Below the pieces are notes generated by a model. The model made no database searches and was not told where the DNA came from. It worked only from the letters and a program-made list of their open reading frames with translations. Positions 43,875-53,685 of a stretch of 64,000 nucleotides of DNA are shown in pieces (position 1 is the first letter of the stretch; the number at the start of each line of letters is the position of its first letter). The translations under genes and the position numbers were made by a program. The stretch lies in assembly GCA_965204755.1 (NCBI GenBank), contig OZ242011.1, forward strand, positions 928,001-992,000, in the 5' to 3' direction. The stretch is from Candidatus Marinacidobacterium sp. (GTDB lineage: Bacteria > Acidobacteriota > Vicinamibacteria > Marinacidobacterales > Marinacidobacteraceae).

Positions 43875-44485
43875 ACTCCACCGGGTCTCCGGCCCGACCC
43901 TCCGAGGAATCGGCCGACGCGGCGACCGGGCCCGGCCCGGCCGGGCGCCGCGCGGCGCGGCGCCGCCGGGGGTTTCCCGCTATCGGGGACCTCCTGCGGC
44001 GCTGGGGGAGTTGCTTCGCGGTTTCCGCGGTCGTCGCAGGGCCGATGCTGGCGTCCGTCTTGGAGGAGAGCGCCCGCGAGTTGTTGGTCCTCTCCGCCAT
44101 CGGCGCGGCCGCGGTGGTCGCGGCGCTCCTGCGCGCCCGGGGGCGGGAGGCGCTCTCGCAGGTGGCGGGGGTGCTGCTCCTGTGGTCGTTCTCCTTCGGG
44201 ATGGGAGGTCTTCTGGAACGCGGGCCGGGCGGGGAGGCCTTCCCGTGGCCCCTGCCCCCGTTCCGGGACTATCTGCGGGCCGAAATCAACGCGTTCGCGC
44301 GGGCCTTCGCCGTCCTCGGCGTCCCGGCGACCGGGCTCTTCCTGGTTCGCATCCGGCTCGAGGCCGGGGCCGGCGGACGCGGCGGCAAGTTCCTCGCCCT
44401 CCTCCGCGCGGTGGACGGCGGGCCCGACTCGGGCCCGTCGCCGTGGAGCCCCGAGTCGGTGCTGCCCGATCTCCGGCGGCGGTAG
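43871..44485 (+). CDS. Hypothetical integral membrane protein (~4 TM)
   Basis: GTGA overlap with paralog 3 stop; four hydrophobic segments in the ORF 43634..44485. Confidence 0.6.
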   Translation: MNSTGSPARPSEESADAATGPGPAGRRAARRRRGFPAIGDLLRRWGSCFAVSAVVAGPMLASVLEESARELLVLSAIGAAAVVAALLRARGREALSQVAGVLLLWSFSFGMGGLLERGPGGEAFPWPLPPFRDYLRAEINAFARAFAVLGVPATGLFLVRIRLEAGAGGRGGKFLALLRAVDGGPDSGPSPWSPESVLPDLRRR

Positions 44486-44556
44486 CCGTCGCAGGGAAAC
44501 CGGAACCGGGAACCTCGGGGGCGCGCCCCGCGGCGTGGTTGCAGCGTGGCGGGCCG

Positions 44557-47500
44557 TTATCGGCCGATGACGCGGTAGAGGGCGGGGATGACCAGGAGGG
44601 TCAGCGCGGTCGAGAGGAGCAGGCCGCCGATCACGGCGATGGCCATGGGCGTGCGCAACTCCGCGCCTTCGCCGAGGCCGACGGCCATGGGGAGCAGACC
44701 GAGCACCGTCGTGGCGGTGGTCATCAGGATCGGGCGGAGCCGGACGCGGCCCGCTTCCCGGAGCGCGGCGAGTTTGTCCCGGCCGCCGCGCCGGAGGCGG
44801 TTCGTCGCGTCGAGGAGGAGGATGGCGTTGTTCACCACGATTCCCGCCAGCATGATGACCCCGATGAGGACGACGACGCTGACGGTCACCCCGAACAGCC
44901 AGAGCGCGAGGACGACGCCGACCAGCGAGAACGGGACGGCGAACAGGATCACGAACGGGTGCAGCAGCGACTCGAACTGCGAAGCCATCACCAGATAGAC
45001 CATGAAGACCGCGAGCACGATGGCGAACCGCATGCTGTCGAAACTGGTTTCCATCTCTTCCTGCTGGCCGCCGAGCCGCCAGGTGAACCCGCCGGGGAGC
45101 GCGATCTCCGCCATCTCCGCTTCGATGTCCGCCGCGACGCCGGCGAGGTCCCGGCCGGAAAGGTTCGCGGTGATCGTCGCCACCCGCTCGCCGTCGGCGC
45201 GCCGGATCTCCGCCGGGCCGGTGACTTCGTCCACCGAAGCCACCGCCGAGAGCGGAATCGCCGCGCTGCCGCCGTCGGCGATGTTCAGCGAGCGCAGGTC
45301 GTCGGCGCTGTCCCGGTAGGACTCCTCCGAACGCAGCCGGATATCTATGGAGCGGTCTTCGCGCTGGATGTCCGTCGCCACCTCGCCCAGCACCTTGGAA
45401 CGAACCAGGTTGCCGAGTTGGTTCACGGTGTATCCGAGCGCCGCCACGCGTTCGCGGTCGAAGCGGATCTGCAGTTCGGGGTTTCCGCCTTCCGTCGAGG
45501 ACTTCACATCCACGAGGCCGGGAATGGCGCGCAGCCGCTCGACCGCCTCGTCGGCCACGCGGTCGAGCAGGGTCAGGTTGAAGCCGCGGATCTCCAGTTC
45601 CACCGGGGTGCGGAAACTGAAGTAGGACGGACGCCCGAACAGGTAACGGAGGTCCGGGTCCGCCTCGAGGCGCGGCCGCAGTTCCTCGATCGCGGCCTCT
45701 TCGCGTTCCCGATCCACCGGGGGGTCGAGCAGCACCGTCAGTTGCCCGATGTTCTCCCGCAGTTCGCCGGCGATGCCCCCCTGCTGGCTGCTCGTCCCGA
45801 TGGAGGCGTACACGGTTCGCGCGCCCGGCAGGGCGGCGGCGGCTTCTTCGAGATTCTCCATCCGGCGGGCGTTCAGGTCGAGGTGCGTCCCCGCCGGGAG
45901 TTCCGTGTCCACGAAGAACTCGCCCTGGATGAGTTCGGGAACGAGTTCGGCGCCGAGTGACGGATAGAGGGTCCCCGCGCCGCCGAGCAGGAGCACGGCG
46001 ACGGTCCCGACGCGGAGCGGGTGGTCGAGCGCGGATTGGAGCGCCGTCGGGTAGGCGCGCGCGACGGCGCCGTACGCGAGATCGAAGAGGCGCTGCGGGA
46101 GGAAGAGGATCCCGCGGACGAGGAGACCGATTCCCTTCGCCAAAAGCAGCGCGCCGCCCCGGAGGACCCGGCCGACGGCGGCGATCGCCTTGCCGATGAG
46201 GCGCCCGTAGGCGGTGCGGAAGGTGGATTCGCCGCCGGCCGTCGGTCGGAACTCGCGCGAAGCCAGCATGGGGATCAGCGTCAGCGCGACGAGCAGCGAA
46301 ACGGCGAGCGAGAAAGTCACCGTGAGCGCCTGGTCGCCGAACAACTGGCCGGCGATTCCCTCGACGAAGACGATGGGGACGAAGACGCAGACGGTGGTCA
46401 TCGTGCTCGCGATGACCGCCTGCCCCACTTCGCCGGCGCCGGCGCGCGCCGCTTCGACGAGTTCCAGGCCTTCCTGGCGCTTCCGGCGGATCGCTTCGAG
46501 CACGACGATGGAGTTGTCCACCAACAGGCCGATGCCGAGCGTGATGCCGCCGAGCGACATGATGTTCAGCGAGACGCCGGACACATACATCAGGAAGAAG
46601 GTCCCGATGACCGAGATGGGGATCGAAACGCCGATGATGAGCGTGCTCCGGAGTTCGCCGAGGAAGAGGACGAGCACGAAGATGGCGAGGATGCCGCCGA
46701 GGACCGCGGTCTGCAGCACCTCGGAGACCGACTGGCGGATGTAACGCGCCTGGTCGGTGACCAGCGTGAGTTCCAGGCCGTCGCCGACCTGTTCCAGGCG
46801 GCCGCCGAGGTCGTCCACCCGGGCGAGCGCGGCGTCGGCGACGGTCACCGTGTTCGTGCCGCCTTCCTTGTACACCGCGACTTCGATGGATTCGCGGCCG
46901 TCTATCCGGGTGATGACTTCGCGCTCCTTGGCGCCCCGGCGGATCTCGGCCACATCGTCGAGCCGGATCACGGTGCGCGCGGTGTCCACGACGATCGACC
47001 GCATGTCCTCGGGGCGCTCGAACTCGTTGATCGTGCGCACCAGGTATTCCGCCCCGCCGTCGAGCAGCCGCCCGGCGGTCAGGTTCACATTCTCGGCGGC
47101 GAGGCGGTTCACCACCGCCGGGACGGAAAGACCGAGGCTCGCCACCTTGCGCTCGTCTATCTCGACCTGGATCTCTTCTTCGAGGCCGCCGCTGACGAGG
47201 ACCGCCGCCACGCCCTCCACGCGTTCCAGGTTCCGCTGGACCTCCTGTTCCGCGATCAGGCGGAGGCGAACCAGGTCCTCGTTGCCGGTGAGGCCGAAGC
47301 GGAGGATCGGGTCGAGAGAGGGATCGAAACGGAGGAGCGTCGGACGCGGCGCGTCGAGCGGCAGGCGCACCACATCCAGCCGCTCGCGCACATCGAGCGC
47401 GGCCAGGTCCATGTCGGTGTCCCAACCGAACTCCAGCGTGACTTCGCTGAGGTCGGGGCGCGAGGACGACACGACCCTCACCACATTGTTCACGACGCCG

Positions 47501-47712
47501 ACCGCGTCCTCGATCGGGCGGGTGATCAGGTTCTCGATCTCGCCGGGCGCGGCGCCTTCGTAGTCGGTGCGAACGGTCAGGGACGGGTAGGTGATGTCCG
47601 GGAGGAGGTCCACCGCCAGCCGGCCGAACCCCACCCAGCCGAACACCACGATGGCGATGAACAGCACCACCACCGTGACCGGTCGGCGGATGGAGAACTC
47701 GACGATGCGCAT
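44557..47712 (-). CDS. RND efflux transporter permease (AcrB/AcrD/AcrF family)
   Basis: 1051 aa; SIRRPVTV, DLLPDITYP, GLLVDNSIVVLE, GIVVNNAILL, RLRPILMTT, PMAIAVIGGL. Confidence 0.95.
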   Translation of the reverse strand: MRIVEFSIRRPVTVVVLFIAIVVFGWVGFGRLAVDLLPDITYPSLTVRTDYEGAAPGEIENLITRPIEDAVGVVNNVVRVVSSSRPDLSEVTLEFGWDTDMDLAALDVRERLDVVRLPLDAPRPTLLRFDPSLDPILRFGLTGNEDLVRLRLIAEQEVQRNLERVEGVAAVLVSGGLEEEIQVEIDERKVASLGLSVPAVVNRLAAENVNLTAGRLLDGGAEYLVRTINEFERPEDMRSIVVDTARTVIRLDDVAEIRRGAKEREVITRIDGRESIEVAVYKEGGTNTVTVADAALARVDDLGGRLEQVGDGLELTLVTDQARYIRQSVSEVLQTAVLGGILAIFVLVLFLGELRSTLIIGVSIPISVIGTFFLMYVSGVSLNIMSLGGITLGIGLLVDNSIVVLEAIRRKRQEGLELVEAARAGAGEVGQAVIASTMTTVCVFVPIVFVEGIAGQLFGDQALTVTFSLAVSLLVALTLIPMLASREFRPTAGGESTFRTAYGRLIGKAIAAVGRVLRGGALLLAKGIGLLVRGILFLPQRLFDLAYGAVARAYPTALQSALDHPLRVGTVAVLLLGGAGTLYPSLGAELVPELIQGEFFVDTELPAGTHLDLNARRMENLEEAAAALPGARTVYASIGTSSQQGGIAGELRENIGQLTVLLDPPVDREREEAAIEELRPRLEADPDLRYLFGRPSYFSFRTPVELEIRGFNLTLLDRVADEAVERLRAIPGLVDVKSSTEGGNPELQIRFDRERVAALGYTVNQLGNLVRSKVLGEVATDIQREDRSIDIRLRSEESYRDSADDLRSLNIADGGSAAIPLSAVASVDEVTGPAEIRRADGERVATITANLSGRDLAGVAADIEAEMAEIALPGGFTWRLGGQQEEMETSFDSMRFAIVLAVFMVYLVMASQFESLLHPFVILFAVPFSLVGVVLALWLFGVTVSVVVLIGVIMLAGIVVNNAILLLDATNRLRRGGRDKLAALREAGRVRLRPILMTTATTVLGLLPMAVGLGEGAELRTPMAIAVIGGLLLSTALTLLVIPALYRVIGR

Positions 47713-47784
47713 GGCGCGGGCGGCGGCGGGTCGCGCGATTCGCGGCGGGGGGCTCGGGACCGGCGGACGGGGCGGCGCGCGGCG

Positions 47785-50196
47785 CTAGCCGGGCGGCCCG
47801 GTCGCGCCGGGTCGCCGGCGGCGGGCGAGGAACCGGTCGATCTGTTCTTCCGAGAGACCGCGCTCGCGCAGCCGCTGCCGCACCCGTTCGAGTTCCTCTT
47901 CCGACCCCTGCCGCGGTTCTTCGGGCGGGGGAGGCGCGGCGGCGTCCGGCGGCGGGGGAGGCGCGGCGGCGGGAGTCTCCGCTTCGGCCGTTTCCCCGGT
48001 CCGGGAAGCGGAGGGCGCGGGCGGGGGGGAAGACGATGGGGAAGACGATGGGGAAGACAGCGGGGAAGACGACCGGGAAGACCGTGGGGAAGACGGTGGG
48101 GAAGGCGCCGCCGATGCCGCGGGCGGGGGGGCGCGCTCCGCCGGACCCGGGGCGGGGGACGCGGCCCGGCGGCGCTCGATGTAGGCGTTCATCCGGGCTT
48201 CGATCTGCGCCTCGGTCAACCCGGAGCGCCGCATGCGCTCGCGGGCGCGCTCGAGGCGCTCCGGCGCCAGGGGGTCGGCGGCGGGCGGCGCGGGGGCGGA
48301 CGGCGACGGACGAGGAGCGGCCTCCGGCGGCGACGGGGCCGGCGCCTCGGCGGGCGAAGGCGGAGCGGGGCGCCCTGCGCTCGCCGCGGACGGCCGGACG
48401 GCGGGTTCAGGCGGCGGCGGCGCGCCAGCCGGCGGCGTCGCAGCAACCGGCGGCGTCCCGGCAGCCGGCGGCGTCGCAGCAGCCGGCGGCGTCCCGGCAG
48501 CCGGCGGCGTCGCAGCAGCCGGCGGCGTCGCAGCAGCCGGCGGCGTCGCAGCAGCCGGCGGGGGCGCGGCAGCCGGCGGCGTCGCGGCAGCCGGCGGGGG
48601 CGGCGGGGCGGACGGGGGGCTCGCCGGGCGGGCGGCGCGAGTCGCCGCCCCCTCTCCCGGAGGGTCGGGCCGGGGGGCGGAGGCCTCGCGCGACGGGGCA
48701 GCCGGCGCCGGAGTAGTGGACGACTCGGGAGCGCGTCCCGGCGCCCCCGGGCGCGCCGCGCGCCGCGCTCCCGCCGGAGGGGCGCCCGGCGGCGGGCCGG
48801 ACGCGCCCCCCGACCGGCGGGGTCGCCGCTCCCCGGCGGCGGCGGCAGCGGCGGGCCGCGTTTCGTCGGTCTCCCCGGTCGAGGCGCCGGGGCCGGCGTC
48901 GGCCCGGGCGCGGGCCCGGCCGGCCCGTTCCGTCGGCTCGCCGCCGGAGGGCGCCGCTCCCGGCGGGCCGGGACGGGCGCCGGGACGGGCGCCGGGGCCG
49001 GCGGCGCGGCGCGGCGGAGACGCCTCCTCGGCGCCGGGGCCGGCGAAGATCTGCACCGGCGTGGCGTCGGTGAGCCCGTCCTGCCCGACCACGATCACGC
49101 GGTCACCGGCGGCGAGCCCTTCGAGCACCTCCACCGAGTCGTCTTCCTCGTAACCGAGCGTGACGCTCCGGCGAACCGCGGCGCCGTCCTCGACCACGAA
49201 CACCGCGTCCGCGAGGCTGTCCAGCGAGAGCGCCCGCTTGGGCATGATGAGCGCGTTCTCCCGGATGTCGGTGACCAGGCGCACGGTGGCGAACATGCCC
49301 GGGCTCAGCCGGCCCTGGCGGTCCACCTCGAGGGTGACCCGGATCGTGCCGGTGGCGGCGTCCACCACCGGACTGACGCGCAGCACCCGCCCGGGGAACC
49401 GCTCGCCGGGAAACGCCTCGACTTCGATGAACGCCGGCTGGCCGACCGAGAGCCGGGTCAGGTCCCGTTCCGGCGCGGCGATCGTGCAAAGGAGCGGGTC
49501 GAAGTCGGAGATGCGGAACAGGCGCTGCCCGCTCGACACCGTTTCCCCGAACTTCACCGCCCGTTCGATGATGAGACCGGAGAAGGGCGCGGTGATCCGG
49601 GTGAAGTCGTGGACGATGCGGGCGCCGTCGAGTTGCGCGCGGGCGGAGTCGAGCGCCGAGCGCGCGCTGTCGTACACCTCCTGGCTCACCACCCGGTTCT
49701 CGAGGGAAACCCGCGCCCGTTCGTAGGCCACTTCCGCCTGCTGGACCGCCACCCGCGAAATCTCCACCTGCGCCCGGGTCTCGGTCTCGTCTATCCGGGC
49801 GAGGAGCGCGCCCGCTTCGACGAAGTCCCCTTCCTCCACCGCGATCTCGGTGAGCGGCCCGCCGGTGCGCGCGACGACATCCACCTCGCGCTCCGCTTCG
49901 AGCGCCCCGTTGGTCTCGATGAACGCGGAGATGTCGCCGGCGGCGATCTCGGCGACCTCCACCGGCACCGCGGAAGCCCGGCCGCCTCCCGGGCCGCCCA
50001 TGCCCGCGCCGCCCATTCCGCCGGGCGGCCCTCCGCCCCGGCCCCGGCCGCCGCCGGGGCCGCCGCCGGCCGGCGCCTCCTCTCCGCCGCCTCCGCACGC
50101 CGCGCCGGAGAGCGCGGCCGCCACGAGGATCGAAAACACGCGCCGGAGAGCGCGCGGGCGGCCGGCGGGGCCGGCGGAGGATGGGGAAGTCGTCAT
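47785..50196 (-). CDS. RND periplasmic adaptor (MFP) lipoprotein with ~400-aa Pro/Ala-rich C-terminal extension
   Basis: Lipobox-like LSGAAC; VEEGDFVEAGALLARID, ITAPFSG, PGMFATV, GLAAGDRVIVVGQ; then a low-complexity tail. Confidence 0.88.
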   Translation of the reverse strand: MTTSPSSAGPAGRPRALRRVFSILVAAALSGAACGGGGEEAPAGGGPGGGRGRGGGPPGGMGGAGMGGPGGGRASAVPVEVAEIAAGDISAFIETNGALEAEREVDVVARTGGPLTEIAVEEGDFVEAGALLARIDETETRAQVEISRVAVQQAEVAYERARVSLENRVVSQEVYDSARSALDSARAQLDGARIVHDFTRITAPFSGLIIERAVKFGETVSSGQRLFRISDFDPLLCTIAAPERDLTRLSVGQPAFIEVEAFPGERFPGRVLRVSPVVDAATGTIRVTLEVDRQGRLSPGMFATVRLVTDIRENALIMPKRALSLDSLADAVFVVEDGAAVRRSVTLGYEEDDSVEVLEGLAAGDRVIVVGQDGLTDATPVQIFAGPGAEEASPPRRAAGPGARPGARPGPPGAAPSGGEPTERAGRARARADAGPGASTGETDETRPAAAAAAGERRPRRSGGASGPPPGAPPAGARRAARPGAPGRAPESSTTPAPAAPSREASAPRPDPPGEGAATRAARPASPPSAPPPPPAAATPPAAAPPPAAATPPAAATPPAAATPPAAGTPPAAATPPAAGTPPVAATPPAGAPPPPEPAVRPSAASAGRPAPPSPAEAPAPSPPEAAPRPSPSAPAPPAADPLAPERLERARERMRRSGLTEAQIEARMNAYIERRRAASPAPGPAERAPPPAASAAPSPPSSPRSSRSSSPLSSPSSSPSSSPPPAPSASRTGETAEAETPAAAPPPPPDAAAPPPPEEPRQGSEEELERVRQRLRERGLSEEQIDRFLARRRRPGATGPPG
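48020..48600 (-). repeat. Coding microrepeats in the MFP tail: 18-bp PPAAAT units and 12-bp Ser/Pro units
   Basis: gcagccggcggcgtcgca-type units at ~48420-48600; ggggaagacgat-type units at ~48025-48105. Confidence 0.85.
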
Positions 50197-50230
50197 GGAA
50201 AAAGCGGGGCCGACGAGGCTGGCCGGCGCG

Positions 50231-53200
50231 TCAGGCCGACAGCGCGGCGGTTTCGGCGGCCGTGGCCGGGGAGAGGGCCGGCGCGGCGGCGCCGGCAGCG
50301 GCGGCGGAAGACGGGGCGGCGGCCCGCGGGGCGGTGGTGAACGGCCAGAGCAGCGAGCGCAGGTCGTCCGCGACGGCGTAGATCGTGGGCACGAGCAGCA
50401 GGGTCAGGACCGTCGAAGTGGGAAGGCCCCCGGCGAGCACCAGCCCGATGGGCGCCCAGTTCGCGGCGCGGCCGTCCACCGAGCCGAACAGGCCCGGGAG
50501 GAAGTACGGCGCGGCGAGCGGCATGAGGCCGAAGAAAGTGGTGAGCGCGGTCATCATCACCGGGCGCAGCCGGTGTTCGCTTCCGACCACCAGCGCTTCG
50601 TCGCGCGGCATCCCGGCGCGGCGGTGCGCGTTCACATGGGCGATGAGGACGATGGCGTTGTTCACCACGATCCCGGCGAGCAGCACCAAACCCAGCATCG
50701 CGGTGTTCCCGAGCGTCTGGCCGGTGAGTTTCAGCGTAACCGCGACGCCGATGAAGGAGAACGGGATCGCGGTCATGATGACCGCGGGGTGGAGGAAACT
50801 CTCGAACAGCGCCACCATGATCAGGTAGATGAGCAGCAGCGCGAACGCGAAGGCGAAACCGGCGGAGGCGAAGTCGGTCGTCCCCATGCGGGTCCAGCGG
50901 TCGAAACTCCATTCGTAACCGGGCGGCAGCGGGATGTCGGCGAGGTGTTCGCGCACTTGCCCCATCAGGCGGAACGACGCTCCGGGAACCGTGGTGTTCG
51001 CGGTGATGGAGAGTTTCGGCCGGCGGTCTTCGCGTTCGATGCTGCGCGGCCCGCGCGCGGCCTCGAAGTCCGCCATCGCGCCGATGGGTTGCCGGCCCTC
51101 CGCGGTGAACACCGGCATCCGGCGCAGTTGGTCGAGGTCCTCCCGTTCTTCTTCGGGGTACTGCACCACGATGTCCACTTCACGCCGGTCGCTCTCGATG
51201 TAACCGACCGGCCGGGAAGTCAGCGCGCTGCGCACGCTCTGCGCCACCGCGGCGGTGCCGATCCCGGTGGCCAGCGCCCGTTCGCGCCGGACCGAGACGC
51301 GCAGTTCCTCGACGCCGCTCTCGAGCGAGGTGTCCACATCGCGCACCTGGGGAAGCGCTTCCAGCCGCTCCACCACGCGGTCGGCCACGAGTTCGAGCAC
51401 ATCCATGTCTTCGCCCTTGAGATCCAGCCGGATGCCGCTGCCGCCGCTCCCGGGGCCGCGGCCGCGGCTCTGCGCGATGCGGAAATCCACGCCCGCGACC
51501 GTCGGCAGCATCTCGCGGATGTCGGCGGTGATCTCCGGAACGCTCCGCTCCGACTCGTCCTCGTCGAGCAGGTAGATCTCGAAACGCCGGCCGCCGCCGC
51601 CGAACCCGCCCCGGGACCGGCCGCCGCCCTGGCGGAACTCGTACACCACATCGGCGATCTCGAGTTCCTCCCGCCGCTCGTCGAGGAGCGCGGCGACCCG
51701 CTCCATCACCTCGCGGGTCTCGTCGAGTGAAAACGCCCGGGGCACATCCACATTGATGGTGACTTCCCGCTCCACCGAGTCCTGGGAAGCGGAGCGTTCG
51801 ATCCCCTGGTAGAGCGACCAGGAGAGGAACAGGAGGGCTACGGCGGCCGCGAGCGAGAGCCCGCGATGGCGAAGCGTGAAGCGGATCGCGCGGCCGTAGA
51901 GTTTGGAGAGGGATTTCATCGCGCGCGAGTAGGCGCGCTTCTCGCGACCGAGCACCACGCCGGCCATCATCGGCACCACGGTGAGCGCGACGAGCAGCGA
52001 GGCCACGATCACGACGCTCAGGGTGAACCCGAAATCACTGAAGATGCGGAAGAAGCCGCCCATGGTGGCGCCGAGGAAGACCAGCGGCACGAAGACGCAC
52101 ATCGTGGTTGCGGCGCCGGCGATGATGGGCATGGTGACCGCGGAGGCGCCGCGCACGGCCGCGGTCTTCGAGTCCTCGCCGAGGTCGGTGAATCTCCGGG
52201 AGATGGAATCGATGACCACGATCGCCGGATCGGCGAGCATCCCCACGGCGACCATGAGACCGAACAGGCTGATGACATTCAGCGTCGTGTCCACGAAGCC
52301 CGCCTGCCGCGCAACGAACAGGATGACGAAGGTGGTGATGATCGAGAGGGGTATCGCCACCGCCACCAGCAGCGTGGTGCGGACCTTCTGCAGGAACAGG
52401 AGGAGGATGAGGATGGCCAGCCCGCCGCCGAAGAGGCCGGCGATGGTGAGTTGGCGGAGCCCGCCGCGCACATCGAGCGAGGAGTCGCGGATGTACCGGA
52501 CCGAAATGCCTTCGGCGTTCGGGAACGCCGCGATGCGCTCCATTTCGGCCTTGACCGCGTCGCACACTTCGAGCACATTCGCGGTGGAGGCCTTGTAGAT
52601 GCGGAAGGTGATCGCTTCCTCCCCGTTCAGGTAGTCGAACGAGGTCTGCTTGGGGAAGGCGTAGCGGACCTCGGCCACATCGCCGACGCGGAGGCCGCCC
52701 GGCCCGATCGGCGTGCCGCGGATCTCCTCGGGGCGGTCGAACTCCCCCACCGTCCGCACCAGCAGCGCGCGGGAGCCGTCGTGGATCTCCCCTCCGGCGA
52801 CATTCACATTGTTCTCGTTGAGCACCGAAGCGACCTCGCGCACATCCACCCCGAGCGCCGCCATCCGCTGCGGATCCATCGTCACCTGCAACTCGCGCCG
52901 CCGCACGCCCCGGAGGTCGGCGCTCGCCACGCCTTCGAGGCGCTCGAGGCGGGGCTGGACGAAGTCCTCGGCGAAGTCGTAGAGCCGATCCCGTTCCCAC
53001 GGCGCGGCGAAATGGAACTGGAGGATCGGGATGTCGGTGCTCCGGAACCGGCGGATGCGGATCCGCTCCACGCCGGCCGGGAGCAGGTGGCGCACCCGGT
53101 CCACCCGGTCCCTGGCCTCGACCACCATGAGGTCCATGTCCGCGCCTTCGTCGAACTCCACGCTGACATTGCCGCTGTTCGCGCTCGCGGTGGCGGTGAG

Positions 53201-53515
53201 CACGGTGACGCCGGGGATCGTGCCCAGACTCTCTTCGAGCGGGCGCACCACCAGCCGCTCCGTCTCCTCCGGGGACGAGGACTCGTATTCGGCGCTCACC
53301 CAGAGGCTGTTCGAGCCGAACGACGGCAGGAACTCCAGCGGCAGCCGCGTCAGCGACACATAGCCGAGGACGACCAGCCCCACCGCCACCATCGCGACCG
53401 TCACCCGGCGGGCTACCGCGAAGCGGGCGAGCGCCCCGCCCTCGGGCGGCGGGGACCCGGCCCCCCGGTCCTCGGGAGGGCAGTCCGGGGTCTCGAGTTT
53501 CTCCGGTGGGGTCAT
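50231..53515 (-). CDS. Second RND efflux permease (AcrB family), divergent
   Basis: 1094 aa; RLPLEFLP, GMLADPAIVVID, GIVVNNAIVL, RLRPVMMTALTT. Confidence 0.93.
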   Translation of the reverse strand: MTPPEKLETPDCPPEDRGAGSPPPEGGALARFAVARRVTVAMVAVGLVVLGYVSLTRLPLEFLPSFGSNSLWVSAEYESSSPEETERLVVRPLEESLGTIPGVTVLTATASANSGNVSVEFDEGADMDLMVVEARDRVDRVRHLLPAGVERIRIRRFRSTDIPILQFHFAAPWERDRLYDFAEDFVQPRLERLEGVASADLRGVRRRELQVTMDPQRMAALGVDVREVASVLNENNVNVAGGEIHDGSRALLVRTVGEFDRPEEIRGTPIGPGGLRVGDVAEVRYAFPKQTSFDYLNGEEAITFRIYKASTANVLEVCDAVKAEMERIAAFPNAEGISVRYIRDSSLDVRGGLRQLTIAGLFGGGLAILILLLFLQKVRTTLLVAVAIPLSIITTFVILFVARQAGFVDTTLNVISLFGLMVAVGMLADPAIVVIDSISRRFTDLGEDSKTAAVRGASAVTMPIIAGAATTMCVFVPLVFLGATMGGFFRIFSDFGFTLSVVIVASLLVALTVVPMMAGVVLGREKRAYSRAMKSLSKLYGRAIRFTLRHRGLSLAAAVALLFLSWSLYQGIERSASQDSVEREVTINVDVPRAFSLDETREVMERVAALLDERREELEIADVVYEFRQGGGRSRGGFGGGGRRFEIYLLDEDESERSVPEITADIREMLPTVAGVDFRIAQSRGRGPGSGGSGIRLDLKGEDMDVLELVADRVVERLEALPQVRDVDTSLESGVEELRVSVRRERALATGIGTAAVAQSVRSALTSRPVGYIESDRREVDIVVQYPEEEREDLDQLRRMPVFTAEGRQPIGAMADFEAARGPRSIEREDRRPKLSITANTTVPGASFRLMGQVREHLADIPLPPGYEWSFDRWTRMGTTDFASAGFAFAFALLLIYLIMVALFESFLHPAVIMTAIPFSFIGVAVTLKLTGQTLGNTAMLGLVLLAGIVVNNAIVLIAHVNAHRRAGMPRDEALVVGSEHRLRPVMMTALTTFFGLMPLAAPYFLPGLFGSVDGRAANWAPIGLVLAGGLPTSTVLTLLLVPTIYAVADDLRSLLWPFTTAPRAAAPSSAAAAGAAAPALSPATAAETAALSA

Positions 53516-53685
53516 CTTCGGATTCCTCGGTAGAGAGCCGTCGGCCCGGCGCGGCCGAACCGGTGAGCCTACCGCGCCGGCGGGCGCGCCCCGGCGACGG
53601 CTGAGGCCGGGCGGGCGCGCGCCGTCCTTCCCCGAACGCCGGGCCGGGCCGAAAGTTCCCCGCGGCTCCCGGATAATCCGCCGAC

